Virus record (IMG/VR): IMGVR_UViG_3300037461_001375
Length of the DNA: 64,000 bases
From: an uncultured virus (IMG/VR IMGVR_UViG_3300037461_001375)
Lineage: Duplodnaviria > Heunggongvirae > Uroviricota > Caudoviricetes
Strand: one strand, 5' to 3'
The notes under the pieces: generated by a model
Seen by the model: only the letters and a program-made list of their open reading frames with translations
What the model was told of the DNA's origin: nothing
Database searches by the model: none
Shown here: positions 25,974 through 34,453 of the stretch, one piece after another
Numbering within the stretch: the stretch's first letter is position 1
How the letters are laid out: every line of letters starts with the position of its first letter
Translations under genes and position numbers: made by a program

Positions 25974-27458
25974 TCAGTGACCTCGCTTTGGAAAATTGTT
26001 TTCGATGAAGAAGTTAGCCACTGACTGATTATCGGGAGGTTCCAAGCTTTCTTGCCAAGAGTCGAAGTCTTCCCCTGTTCTGTAAATTTTAGCATTGCTA
26101 TCTGAAGCGAGGAGGGATGGTAAGCCTGTGCCTAGAACAAAGAAAATGTTTTTCATTCCACCGAAGGCACTGCCTCGGTCTTGAGCATCGGCAGCCGCTT
26201 TGCAGGCACGCCTCATATCGGGGATTGTGAATCCTTCACGTAGCCTCGCTTTCAAAAGTTTTCGCATTCGACCACCTAGCGATGTAGCAGAGCCTGTTGG
26301 CGATACTATCGTGGTCCGGAGAATTCGTTGGGCTTCGAGCAAGAACGCCACTTCTTCTGCTGGCGAAAGTTTTTGGCCTCGTGCCTTTTTCTGAATATCG
26401 GGAAAATATTCCTCCGGATCGGAGAAGTTTTCTGTTTTTTCTGCGCCCCGGCGCGAGGACGAAGGCAAAAGTGTCTGTGAATAACCGTCCTTCGCGCGCG
26501 CGCAAAAATAAAGAAAAGGTAAAGAAGAAGAGGAATCTTTGGTTTTAAGTTTTTGAGTCTTTGCCTTAGGTAGGAAGGTATTTTGACAAGAGTTATTATA
26601 ACCCCCCAGTGTTCCCCCTAAAGGGGGAACACTACCCCCCTTAGACACTTTTCCGAAAAGGCGTCCAGATTCCCCGTCGGACACTTTTGCTGCGACCGAC
26701 AAACCCTTCCCCTTCGAAACTTTTTTCAAGCCTCCGAGCTTTCCTGATTTCGTCACCTTTGCCACAACACTAACCTCCTCCTCCGGGTATAAAACTTTGT
26801 AGACAACGACTTTTTTGATTCGTTTCACCGGTTTCAGCAAACCACGAGCCTTCAACGTTTGCTTTGTCTCCGGTATGTACTGTGAACAGATTCCAGAAAG
26901 CTCGGCTAATCGTTTTACTCTAACTCTAAACTTTTTCTCCTCGTCACAAATCAAGTTTGCTACGCCGTATAGTTTTACTTCGGCAGCGTTAAAACTAGAA
27001 ATCACTTGCAGCATTTCCGGTGTTTTTGGCAATTCACAACGAAACTGAACGTTTTCGTGAATCGGGAAATGGTATTCTGAAGCTACGCCACGGCCTAGTC
27101 CCTGCTTATAAACTATCAGGTCAAGCTTCTTCAACAGGCGTATTGAGTTTCTAAGTGTTGTATCTGGTACTCCGGCTTCCTCACAGAAATCACAATGCTT
27201 GATCGTGAGGTTTCTTTCCGAGTCAGACATCAGTAGGCCGCACAAATAAACTTTTGCAGCCGTGCCTGTAAGTTCACTCCAGCCCTTTGAAGTGAATGTT
27301 TTTGAATTAAAAAGGGAAGGAGTCGGCCCAACTCCTTCCCGTAATGAGGCAGGTTTTTGTATGGTTTCAGAGCGACGTGGAGGCTTGACGTCGCTGAGTC
27401 CCACCCCATCTGCCTCACGTCTCGATTTTAGCACCTGAGACTCCCCCGAACAAGGCAT
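25974..27458 (-). CDS. replication initiator (lambda O-like, HTH)
   Basis: two wHTH-like N-terminal segments, internal repeats, C-terminal ARLREGFTIPDM helical domain; directly upstream of DnaC and DnaB genes. Confidence 0.7.
   Translation of the reverse strand: MPCSGESQVLKSRREADGVGLSDVKPPRRSETIQKPASLREGVGPTPSLFNSKTFTSKGWSELTGTAAKVYLCGLLMSDSERNLTIKHCDFCEEAGVPDTTLRNSIRLLKKLDLIVYKQGLGRGVASEYHFPIHENVQFRCELPKTPEMLQVISSFNAAEVKLYGVANLICDEEKKFRVRVKRLAELSGICSQYIPETKQTLKARGLLKPVKRIKKVVVYKVLYPEEEVSVVAKVTKSGKLGGLKKVSKGKGLSVAAKVSDGESGRLFGKVSKGGSVPPLGGTLGGYNNSCQNTFLPKAKTQKLKTKDSSSSLPFLYFCARAKDGYSQTLLPSSSRRGAEKTENFSDPEEYFPDIQKKARGQKLSPAEEVAFLLEAQRILRTTIVSPTGSATSLGGRMRKLLKARLREGFTIPDMRRACKAAADAQDRGSAFGGMKNIFFVLGTGLPSLLASDSNAKIYRTGEDFDSWQESLEPPDNQSVANFFIENNFPKRGH
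26608..26762. repeat. putative origin: four iteron-like repeats at a 36-bp period plus an inverted repeat with 12-bp arms
   Basis: GACACTTTTCC 26644, GACACTTTTGC 26680, GAAACTTTTTT 26716, GTCACCTTTGC 26752; AGTGTTCCCCCT-aa-AGGGGGAACACT 26608-26633. Confidence 0.65.
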
Positions 27459-27459
27459 A

Positions 27460-28908
27460 TCAAGACCACCTCTCTAGTACGAATCCGGCCTTGCCATACT
27501 CCTCGATTCTCTCGGTACTATGCGCACTTAGGTAGTCTTTCTTAGAGTCAATTCTACCATCAATGAAATCGTAAATTGTCGCATCCTGTTTGTCCCCCCT
27601 TGGACGCAAAGCTCGGCCGACCCACTGTAGCACGTCGATGGCCGACTTTCCACCTGTCGCAATGACCAAAACGTCGATCTCAGGAGCGTCGATTCCTATC
27701 TTGAAAATTTCAGAAGCTATTAAACAATCACCAAACTGACTACGTTTGAAAGCATCTAAGACAGCTAGTCGTTCCATTGATTTATGCTCTCCATGTAAGA
27801 ACCTACTTCCCGGTATCATTTTCTGAAGCGTTATTCCGTGAAACGTTCTTTTGCACGCAACTAGAACTCGCTTGTTGTTTTCAACTTCTCGCATGACAAT
27901 ATTTTTAATGAGGTTGTTTCTTGCTTCGTTCTGAACAATTCCTCGCTCATACGTGAGACCAAAAAGCTGCCCACCTTTTGTTGTCAGAAGTTGAGGTGAC
28001 TTTCTCCAATCCGGACAAACTGTGTCTCGAATGTTTTCGTGACTAGGATATGAAGCTCTGTCTGGTCGAAGTAAAACTATTTTCGCTCTAGCAAGGTGCC
28101 CGTCTTCTACGAGTTCATCGTGCTTCACGACGATGACAGTTGGACCAAGAGCCGCTTCTATTCTTGCATTTCGTAATGGATTTTTTGTATCCATGGTTCC
28201 AGATAATCCAACTCTGATGTTTGCATACTGGCATTTCATCGCGCATTCAAACCAAGTAGGTGCGCTAGCCAGATGAGCTTCGTCAACAATCAAACAACCC
28301 CAAGCATTCCAAAAATCTTTATCCTTTATCGAGCTGAGTGTGTTGACAATGCCGATCATCACATCCCCATCTTCAGCTTTTCCATCTCCTAGTATTCCAA
28401 CATCGCAATTTAGAACCTTTCTCAAAACTTTTCTTGTTTGATACATCAAGTCTATGCCATTGACGATCCACAAAGCAGGTACTCCAGACCGTCTAACTAT
28501 CTCTGCGCCTACTAAAGTTTTACCTCCACCAGTCGGTATCTGAAGAGCAACACCACCAAGACTTTTCATGGCAATGTTTGCAGCATTTACTTGATACGGA
28601 CGAAGATCGACATCAAAAAGATTTTCGGGAAATCTAGGTTCGCACTGCATACGAAACCCGGATAGCTGTACTGAGTGTCCGAGTTTTCTTAGTTCAGAGG
28701 CCAACCTGTAGGAAAACCCAACAGGAAAAAATCCTTTAGGGTACTTCAGAAAGTGAATTTTTCCGTCCCATCCACCACGCTTATGCTTAGCTTTGTAGCG
28801 AGCTGCCGGATGGAAGAAAGTTAGTATCTTGTCTCCCTGCAAAACAACATTTTCGGAAGCCAGAAGTTGTGCATACGTCCCGGAAATCTTTTCAATTCTC
28901 ACTGACAT
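27460..28908 (-). CDS. superfamily 2 DNA helicase (UvsW/SSL2-like)
   Basis: LRPYQ, PTGGGKT, VDEAH, LSGT, GIDAP, QWVGRALR; likely start ATG 28908. Confidence 0.92.
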   Translation of the reverse strand: MSVRIEKISGTYAQLLASENVVLQGDKILTFFHPAARYKAKHKRGGWDGKIHFLKYPKGFFPVGFSYRLASELRKLGHSVQLSGFRMQCEPRFPENLFDVDLRPYQVNAANIAMKSLGGVALQIPTGGGKTLVGAEIVRRSGVPALWIVNGIDLMYQTRKVLRKVLNCDVGILGDGKAEDGDVMIGIVNTLSSIKDKDFWNAWGCLIVDEAHLASAPTWFECAMKCQYANIRVGLSGTMDTKNPLRNARIEAALGPTVIVVKHDELVEDGHLARAKIVLLRPDRASYPSHENIRDTVCPDWRKSPQLLTTKGGQLFGLTYERGIVQNEARNNLIKNIVMREVENNKRVLVACKRTFHGITLQKMIPGSRFLHGEHKSMERLAVLDAFKRSQFGDCLIASEIFKIGIDAPEIDVLVIATGGKSAIDVLQWVGRALRPRGDKQDATIYDFIDGRIDSKKDYLSAHSTERIEEYGKAGFVLERWS

Positions 28909-29022
28909 AGGTGAACCTCTCGTAAATTTTGCCGGTTTATTTTGGACACTTTTCCCACACAAGGCTTATCGCGAGATCCACGATGCCCCCGTCGAACATT
29001 ACATATCGAGGTGCGCTCAGTC

Positions 29023-29051
29023 TTGCAGTCGTCAGCGCTGAGTGTTAAAAT
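29023..29051 (+). promoter_or_regulatory. promoter TTGCAG-17-TAAAAT (extended -10), probably leaderless
   Basis: -10 ends 7 nt before ATG 29059; no Shine-Dalgarno. Confidence 0.55.
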
Positions 29052-29058
29052 TACAGGC

Positions 29059-29571
29059 ATGAAGCTCATTCGACAGAGAGAAAGCTGGGACTGTGGTATT
29101 GCAGTTGCAGCAATGTTGACACGAAGCTCATACGATGAAGTTTTGAATGCAGCCATTTCTCTGAACGAAAATTTAGAGTGTGGTCTAACTATTTCTAACT
29201 TGCATAAGCTTTTGAAAAAGCTTGGAAAAAGTCAAAAGACTTACAGATTTGATGGCTGGAAAAAGATTAGTCTAGCCGACTGGTTTGATGACTATGTTGG
29301 TCGGGACTACATGGGTGCAGTGACACTTCTAGGTACAATGCACACCCTAACAGGTCACTTCGTAGCCATCGAAAAAAGAATGGTATACGATCCTGCTCTT
29401 GGTTGTTTCTCCATGACTGAGTATCCGAACTCTGGGTACTACGTGCCATGGTGGTTGGGCAAGACTCTGGATAGAGAAAAAATTTACGGAAGTCTGCCCG
29501 TGTTTGAATCGAAAACAGAGACAACCGAGATCGAGGTTTACGCGGGAAAGAAAAAAGCCACGAGGGCATAA
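29059..29571 (+). CDS. C39-like cysteine peptidase
   Basis: MKLIRQRESWDCGIAVAAML (QxxxxDCG), GHFVA, VYDP; only credible plus-strand gene. Confidence 0.8.
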   Translation: MKLIRQRESWDCGIAVAAMLTRSSYDEVLNAAISLNENLECGLTISNLHKLLKKLGKSQKTYRFDGWKKISLADWFDDYVGRDYMGAVTLLGTMHTLTGHFVAIEKRMVYDPALGCFSMTEYPNSGYYVPWWLGKTLDREKIYGSLPVFESKTETTEIEVYAGKKKATRA

Positions 29572-29584
29572 CCCTCGTGGCTTT
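29551..29584. terminator. intrinsic terminator between convergent genes
   Basis: 13-bp stem aaagccacgaggg/ccctcgtggcttt; A6 on plus gives a U-tract for minus transcripts. Confidence 0.85.
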
Positions 29585-29631
29585 CCACACAACAAGTGGG
29601 GGAAGGGTCGATTAAACCCTGTTGCGTGGAA

Positions 29632-29739
29632 TTACAGACCTCGCGCCCGACGAATAGCAAGAACTCGTGCGAGACGCAACAGGCGGGCCCGACGTCCTCG
29701 GGAACCACCACCACCCTTGCCTCTGTATGGAACGTTCAT
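29632..29739 (-). CDS. 35-aa Gly/Arg-rich micropeptide (not in the ORF track): MNVPYRGKGGGGSRGRRARLLRLARVLAIRRARGL
   Basis: strong SD AAGGAGGT 4 nt upstream of ATG; follows the ParB-DUF4417 stop and precedes a terminator. Confidence 0.75.
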   Translation of the reverse strand: MNVPYRGKGGGGSRGRRARLLRLARVLAIRRARGL

Positions 29740-29753
29740 GCTTACCTCCTTTC

Positions 29754-31064
29754 CTAAGATGGGTATCCTTCACCTAATCTGAAGTTGGCTGCCCGTCGTT
29801 TGGCAATCCAAGAATCCAGATAGTGAATCTTGGGTAACTTGATTTTCGGCAGTAAAGACTCAATCCAACCCCTGTGCTCTATTCCACCGTAGATCAACAC
29901 ATTCTGGGGTTCAAGCGCTTTCATCGCAGCCGTGAATCCAGTGATCCAACGCTTTCTTCCGAACTCTTTGTCGGTCTTTGTCTTCCCAAGAGACCTGCAT
30001 TGGCAGATTACGACAGGAGCGTTCTTTGGAATTCCTTCGAAAGCAAAATCGAAGGACCTCTTGTCTGCCCATGAGACATTTGGAAGAACTTTGATTCCTG
30101 CGTCTTGCCAGTACCTTGCACACCAACGCGCACGGTACACATTCCAAATCTGCACGGCAAGAGGATCGTCAGCCCACACAGAAAAATCGGGAGTTACGAC
30201 GCCACCCCATTTTGTTCTGTAAAGCTTTTCAACTGTAGCCGGAATGTTGTTCCAAATAGAATCAAAGCTTTCGTCTTCTAAGTAGAAACAAAGAACGCCA
30301 CCTTCGACGTTTTCCCGGGTAAATTTTGCTTTCCCGTGAATGAACAGCCACTTAGACGGGTCCTTGACCTGCTCGTAGGACTCACCACCATGAACTTCTG
30401 TAGGAATAACGGTCGAGAGCAACTCAGTCTTCAAATCGGGAATGCCCCATTTGTTTGACGAAGCAAAGATTGCGTCCGGCCGAAAAAAGATTGCTGGAGC
30501 TTCAGAGATTTCAGTGGAGTCCTCTAGGTCATCTACCATCGTGTTGTCTTCGGATTCATAGTAGGCGTCTGAATCTCTGTCTATAATCTTTTGAACTTCG
30601 TCCATCAGGTGAGCGTTTTCCTCCATCATGCGCTCAAAAAGTTTGTTGACGGAGGGATCGTCAATTTTCATGTCGGCAATCAAAACAGCCAAAGCCTTTT
30701 CATCGACTTCAGCAGCTTCAGCGAGCGGATCTAGCGTTGCCAGAATCGTGTTTTCCTCTTCTTCCGTCCAACTACCTATCAGAACGGGCACTTCGTCTAC
30801 GTCTAGGTTTCGACGTGCGTGACCGTCGATCAATCGCCCGGTTCGCTCGTTGTATAGCAGCGCGCCCGCCCAGCCTACGCCACGCTTGATCAGGCCTCCG
30901 AGAGCATCAACCTGAACCTTTGGATGTCGGCGCCAGTTCTTTGGATTTGGTGAAAGAGTTTTAGGATCAACCCATTCCAGACGTAAATTTCTACGTGGAG
31001 TGCCGGGGGTTTCGGTTTTCGCAGCAGAAGTTTTAGTTGTTCGTGATCTAGCCATCTCACTCAC
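29754..31064 (-). CDS. ParB/Srx-like N-terminal domain fused to a DUF4417-like domain
   Basis: LSPNPKNWRRHP...LIDGHAR; FYLED..F..IW, TPDFS, QIWNVYRARW, YWQ..GI.V.PNVSW, FAFEGIP. Confidence 0.78.
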   Translation of the reverse strand: MSEMARSRTTKTSAAKTETPGTPRRNLRLEWVDPKTLSPNPKNWRRHPKVQVDALGGLIKRGVGWAGALLYNERTGRLIDGHARRNLDVDEVPVLIGSWTEEEENTILATLDPLAEAAEVDEKALAVLIADMKIDDPSVNKLFERMMEENAHLMDEVQKIIDRDSDAYYESEDNTMVDDLEDSTEISEAPAIFFRPDAIFASSNKWGIPDLKTELLSTVIPTEVHGGESYEQVKDPSKWLFIHGKAKFTRENVEGGVLCFYLEDESFDSIWNNIPATVEKLYRTKWGGVVTPDFSVWADDPLAVQIWNVYRARWCARYWQDAGIKVLPNVSWADKRSFDFAFEGIPKNAPVVICQCRSLGKTKTDKEFGRKRWITGFTAAMKALEPQNVLIYGGIEHRGWIESLLPKIKLPKIHYLDSWIAKRRAANFRLGEGYPS

Positions 31065-31563
31065 ACAAGTTATCGGTTAGCATTGGAAACAAAGATTGAA
31101 CTTCATCAAATGAAAGAATCTCTGGAAGATATGCAGAGGATATTTGATGAATGTTTACTTCAATTTCTTCGTTTAACCAATCTTTTGTTAGATCTTCGAT
31201 TCTACGTTGTTCTGCTGCCAAACAATCGCTGAATGTTTCACGCAAAGCATTTACTTCATCATCAAAAACTTTTTGAAACTCAGGGGCGATCACATAGTTT
31301 CCGTCTAGCGAAATTTCAGGGTCGCCGCTATCCGTCTTCGAACTGTACTTCTTGCAAAGTGCCAGTCTTTGGCTCTCAAAATCCGAAAAGCCATCGACCT
31401 TGTTGTCGATGGCTGCACGAATTGCCTCGATTTCGTTGGCAATAGACTTCGAGTTTTTCACAAGTGCGTAGACAAATTTCGAATTCAGATTGCTTTTGTT
31501 TCGAAGTTTTGAAATAATAAAGTTTAGAGAAACAATATCGCGTCGAGTTATTTTGACCATCAT
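31057..31563 (-). CDS. hypothetical helical protein
   Basis: AAGGAGG RBS; coiled character. Confidence 0.6.
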   Translation of the reverse strand: MMVKITRRDIVSLNFIISKLRNKSNLNSKFVYALVKNSKSIANEIEAIRAAIDNKVDGFSDFESQRLALCKKYSSKTDSGDPEISLDGNYVIAPEFQKVFDDEVNALRETFSDCLAAEQRRIEDLTKDWLNEEIEVNIHQISSAYLPEILSFDEVQSLFPMLTDNLCE

Positions 31564-31577
31564 TTGTGGTTCCTCCT

Positions 31578-32717
31578 TTAGCTTATTTCAGCTCTTCGCA
31601 GTGACTCATTGTTGTAGTCTCTACCAGTGGCTGTTGTACCTGTGTCTGCCTTCTTTCCAGAAATGTAAAACTTTTTTAGAGTCCCACCATTTGCACTTTC
31701 GGTCCCTCCCCCTAAATTTTTTACCGTCCCGGATACTACTAGTCCGGCGCCTCCAGAAGTATAGAGGAGAATACCACCACCGGCACCCCTACCACCCGCT
31801 CCTCCAGTACCCCCAGAGGCGCCTCCCGGATAACTGCTGCCTGCCGAACCGTTAGGCTCTTCTTCGTCAGTGGCGCCACCGGATCCACCAGATCCACCTG
31901 CGTTCAAGGTTCCAGAACTTCCGGAATACCCAGACAAACGAAAACCACCGTGGCTGATTACGGACCCAGAAATTTTTATAAGCCCCAAGGCCTCGATTTT
32001 GAGGTACGCCCCTCCGGACCCACCAGCCGCCCCACCAGAGCCACCACCACCTCCTGTTATAGTACCAATAACGGTGTTTTGACCTGCACCTCCACCACCG
32101 CCCCCACCTCCCGAACCTCTAACGAGAGAAGTGTCTGTGGTTGCGTCTCCTTGCCCCTCTGCTGCGAGATACCCGCCTGCTGTACCCGAGGACCCGTTCG
32201 ACCCTCCGGAAACGCCCGGTGAGCCACCTGCTCCAGCATACGTGCCGTGGCCGGAAGCCCCGGCGCCACCCGAACCGCCTAGAGAAGCAGTGCCTGTGGC
32301 ACCGGCAGAGCCTGAGGTTCCATCAGATCCGTATCTAGAGTCGCCCCCAAGACCACCTGATCCCCCAGAACTGACACCGGCGCCTCCACCCCCGCCTCCT
32401 CCACCTCCACCAGTGAATCCGGCAAACGACCCGGAGAGGCTCCCGAGGATTTCAGCACTTCGGCATTTTACAGTGCTGTAGCCATAGGCAGACCCAGAAT
32501 AGGGCTGAACATTTACAACAACTCCGGGAGCAACATAGAAGTTCCCGACGTTTATGTGCTCTCCGGAAATAACCAAGTCAGAAGCTATGAGCCAATCTTG
32601 CCCGAAATGATTACCTCCCAGTAGGGGAGACCACTCCGACTCCGTAACTTCTGTCCCTGAGCAACTTCCATAATGAAGTCCAGAACCGTAGTTTTTTCCA
32701 GAACCGTATTTGCACAT
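31578..32717 (-). CDS. glycine-rich putative virion or fibre protein
   Basis: GGGGG/GAGG repeats interleaved with beta-strands. Confidence 0.7.
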   Translation of the reverse strand: MCKYGSGKNYGSGLHYGSCSGTEVTESEWSPLLGGNHFGQDWLIASDLVISGEHINVGNFYVAPGVVVNVQPYSGSAYGYSTVKCRSAEILGSLSGSFAGFTGGGGGGGGGGAGVSSGGSGGLGGDSRYGSDGTSGSAGATGTASLGGSGGAGASGHGTYAGAGGSPGVSGGSNGSSGTAGGYLAAEGQGDATTDTSLVRGSGGGGGGGGAGQNTVIGTITGGGGGSGGAAGGSGGAYLKIEALGLIKISGSVISHGGFRLSGYSGSSGTLNAGGSGGSGGATDEEEPNGSAGSSYPGGASGGTGGAGGRGAGGGILLYTSGGAGLVVSGTVKNLGGGTESANGGTLKKFYISGKKADTGTTATGRDYNNESLRRAEIS

Positions 32718-32792
32718 CGTCGCTGCCGTATCGTTGGTTTGCCCCGTAGTGAGTTCCTGAATTGTAGGTCGCCATGTTTCGAAGAACTAGCG

Positions 32793-33395
32793 TTAAGATG
32801 TTTGATGCTGATCCAAACTCCAACAAGGCACGCGAGCGAACCATCCAGCCGAAAACCGCTCTAGGTTTTCATTTCTTTCTATCAACTCAATCATCCTGCT
32901 AACGCGAAGTGCCCGAACTGGAGTAAGCAGCAATGAAACTGGAACTTCATTCAAGCAAGCTATGACAGCTTCGTGTGTCTTAGCACCATACTGACCATCA
33001 ACTTTCAAGTCAGACCAAAGCTTTGAGTTCTTGTTCAAGACATTCAGACTTCTCTGGAGCTGAATCGTAGCTGTTGTGGTTCCTTGGTGTACCGCGCTAT
33101 CAAACAATTCTTGAGCTACAATATTTACGGGATTCAGAGAAAGCTGCAATGGGTTCCAATAGAATTCCAAGTAAAACTTTTTTACGAGGTCTTGCAGCTT
33201 TTCATCTTTGTCCAAACAACCGGGAAATGACTTTGACCGTTTCCACGTGTCGATCAAGCTCCATCCAGCCCAATTTCCGTGGTGCTTTCTTGATACACCT
33301 CTGTACGTCTCGCCCCCGGGATCCTTAGGGTCCTTAGCGTAGCCGCCCTCGTATACCAAGACGGTTCGGTTGTATGCAGCTTGAAAGTTTGACAT
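32793..33395 (-). CDS. endolysin, glycoside hydrolase 108 with peptidoglycan-binding domain
   Basis: EGGY..DP.DPGGET..GV, LFDSAVHQG, LQRSLN, VDGQYGAKT, GWFARV. Confidence 0.92.
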   Translation of the reverse strand: MSNFQAAYNRTVLVYEGGYAKDPKDPGGETYRGVSRKHHGNWAGWSLIDTWKRSKSFPGCLDKDEKLQDLVKKFYLEFYWNPLQLSLNPVNIVAQELFDSAVHQGTTTATIQLQRSLNVLNKNSKLWSDLKVDGQYGAKTHEAVIACLNEVPVSLLLTPVRALRVSRMIELIERNENLERFSAGWFARVPCWSLDQHQTS

Positions 33396-33399
33396 GAAA

Positions 33400-33636
33400 C
33401 TACTTTTGCTTTTTGGCTAGAGCATCTTCGAGCATTTCTTGGTAGCTAGGAAGTTTCAGATCATTTAAGTTGTTACTGTTCCCCGACATCAAGTCTTCAA
33501 GAGCTTTTACTAAGGCTCTTGCGCTGATAATCGCAAACTTTGCAATGTCACTTCCGGGAGCAGCAATGTAGGCTACAGACAATAGGCTGCTGACCAAACC
33601 GAGAAGATCTTTGCCACCAAAATTAGAATCAGCCAT
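33400..33636 (-). CDS. small hypothetical protein of the lysis region
   Basis: GAGGT RBS; amphipathic. Confidence 0.55.
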   Translation of the reverse strand: MADSNFGGKDLLGLVSSLLSVAYIAAPGSDIAKFAIISARALVKALEDLMSGNSNNLNDLKLPSYQEMLEDALAKKQK

Positions 33637-33638
33637 TG

Positions 33639-34136
33639 CTACACCTCACCCCTCTTTCCAACGATTCGAAATTGTTCAGAGTTAGAACTGGAGTCTTCAA
33701 AGATTCCAAAAGTTTCTATTGCAAGTTTCAAAGCAAGGATGGAAGCTTCATAGTACTGGGTGTTTTCGAAATCCAGCATTTGCAAACCTTGAAGTTCTCG
33801 AATAAAGTTTTCAGCCACACCTCGCGCAAGTCGTATGCGCTCTTGACCAGTTTCTAACCCATCCAAAACTTCAATGGTGGAATTGTGCAATGCCGTGATA
33901 CCCGCGTCGACTTGTCGCCAAGTTTCGCAGCGAAATTCGTCACACAGGCCTTGGCTGGACTCAAGATCTAGGGGGATAAAAACTTCAGTTCTGATCGCTA
34001 AAATTTGCTCTTTGACAACTTTCAAAATAGAATACGCTGGATCGTCCTTGAAAGGCTTAGCAATATCTTGGATAGCCTGACAGCCCAGCAAAAATGCCAG
34101 CAAAAAAATAAAACTACTTTTTCGGGTTTGTAACAT
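33639..34136 (-). CDS. lipoprotein (possibly spanin-related)
   Basis: signal peptide with lipobox LLGC; AAGGAGG RBS. Confidence 0.6.
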   Translation of the reverse strand: MLQTRKSSFIFLLAFLLGCQAIQDIAKPFKDDPAYSILKVVKEQILAIRTEVFIPLDLESSQGLCDEFRCETWRQVDAGITALHNSTIEVLDGLETGQERIRLARGVAENFIRELQGLQMLDFENTQYYEASILALKLAIETFGIFEDSSSNSEQFRIVGKRGEV

Positions 34137-34159
34137 TTTAGTCCTCCTTTAGGTTAAAA

Positions 34160-34453
34160 TTATTTCCACGTAGCAGAAAAAATTGCCACAATGAGAGAAA
34201 GTCCAGCAGCAATCAAGCTTGTAACTACCTGCCAACGTCTTACTTCCTGTCTACTAGAATCAGCGTGCAAACTTTCTACCGCTCGTTCAAGCAACGCCAC
34301 CCGTGTGACGAGGGATCCAGTAGGATGTCCATCCCCATCTCTAACAATTCTTGTCAGTTGAGATATTGTTGTGTTAAGTCCTGCCATTTCAACCCGTAAG
34401 GATACAAGGTCAGAATGCAGCGCGTGTAAATCATTCGGGAGGGGAGGAGTCAT
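34160..34453 (-). CDS. coiled-coil protein with C-terminal TM (holin/XhlA-like)
   Basis: LVTRVALLE coil plus terminal hydrophobic helix. Confidence 0.55.
   Translation of the reverse strand: MTPPLPNDLHALHSDLVSLRVEMAGLNTTISQLTRIVRDGDGHPTGSLVTRVALLERAVESLHADSSRQEVRRWQVVTSLIAAGLSLIVAIFSATWK

Noticed and set aside
28899..29156. Minus-strand 85-aa ORF overlapping the peptidase start
   Set aside because: Antisense to the motif-bearing C39 gene and its promoter; no recognisable features
29754..31064. ParB as a plasmid-partition system
   Set aside because: No adjacent ParA and no HTH/dimerisation region; the ParB-like domain is fused to DUF4417
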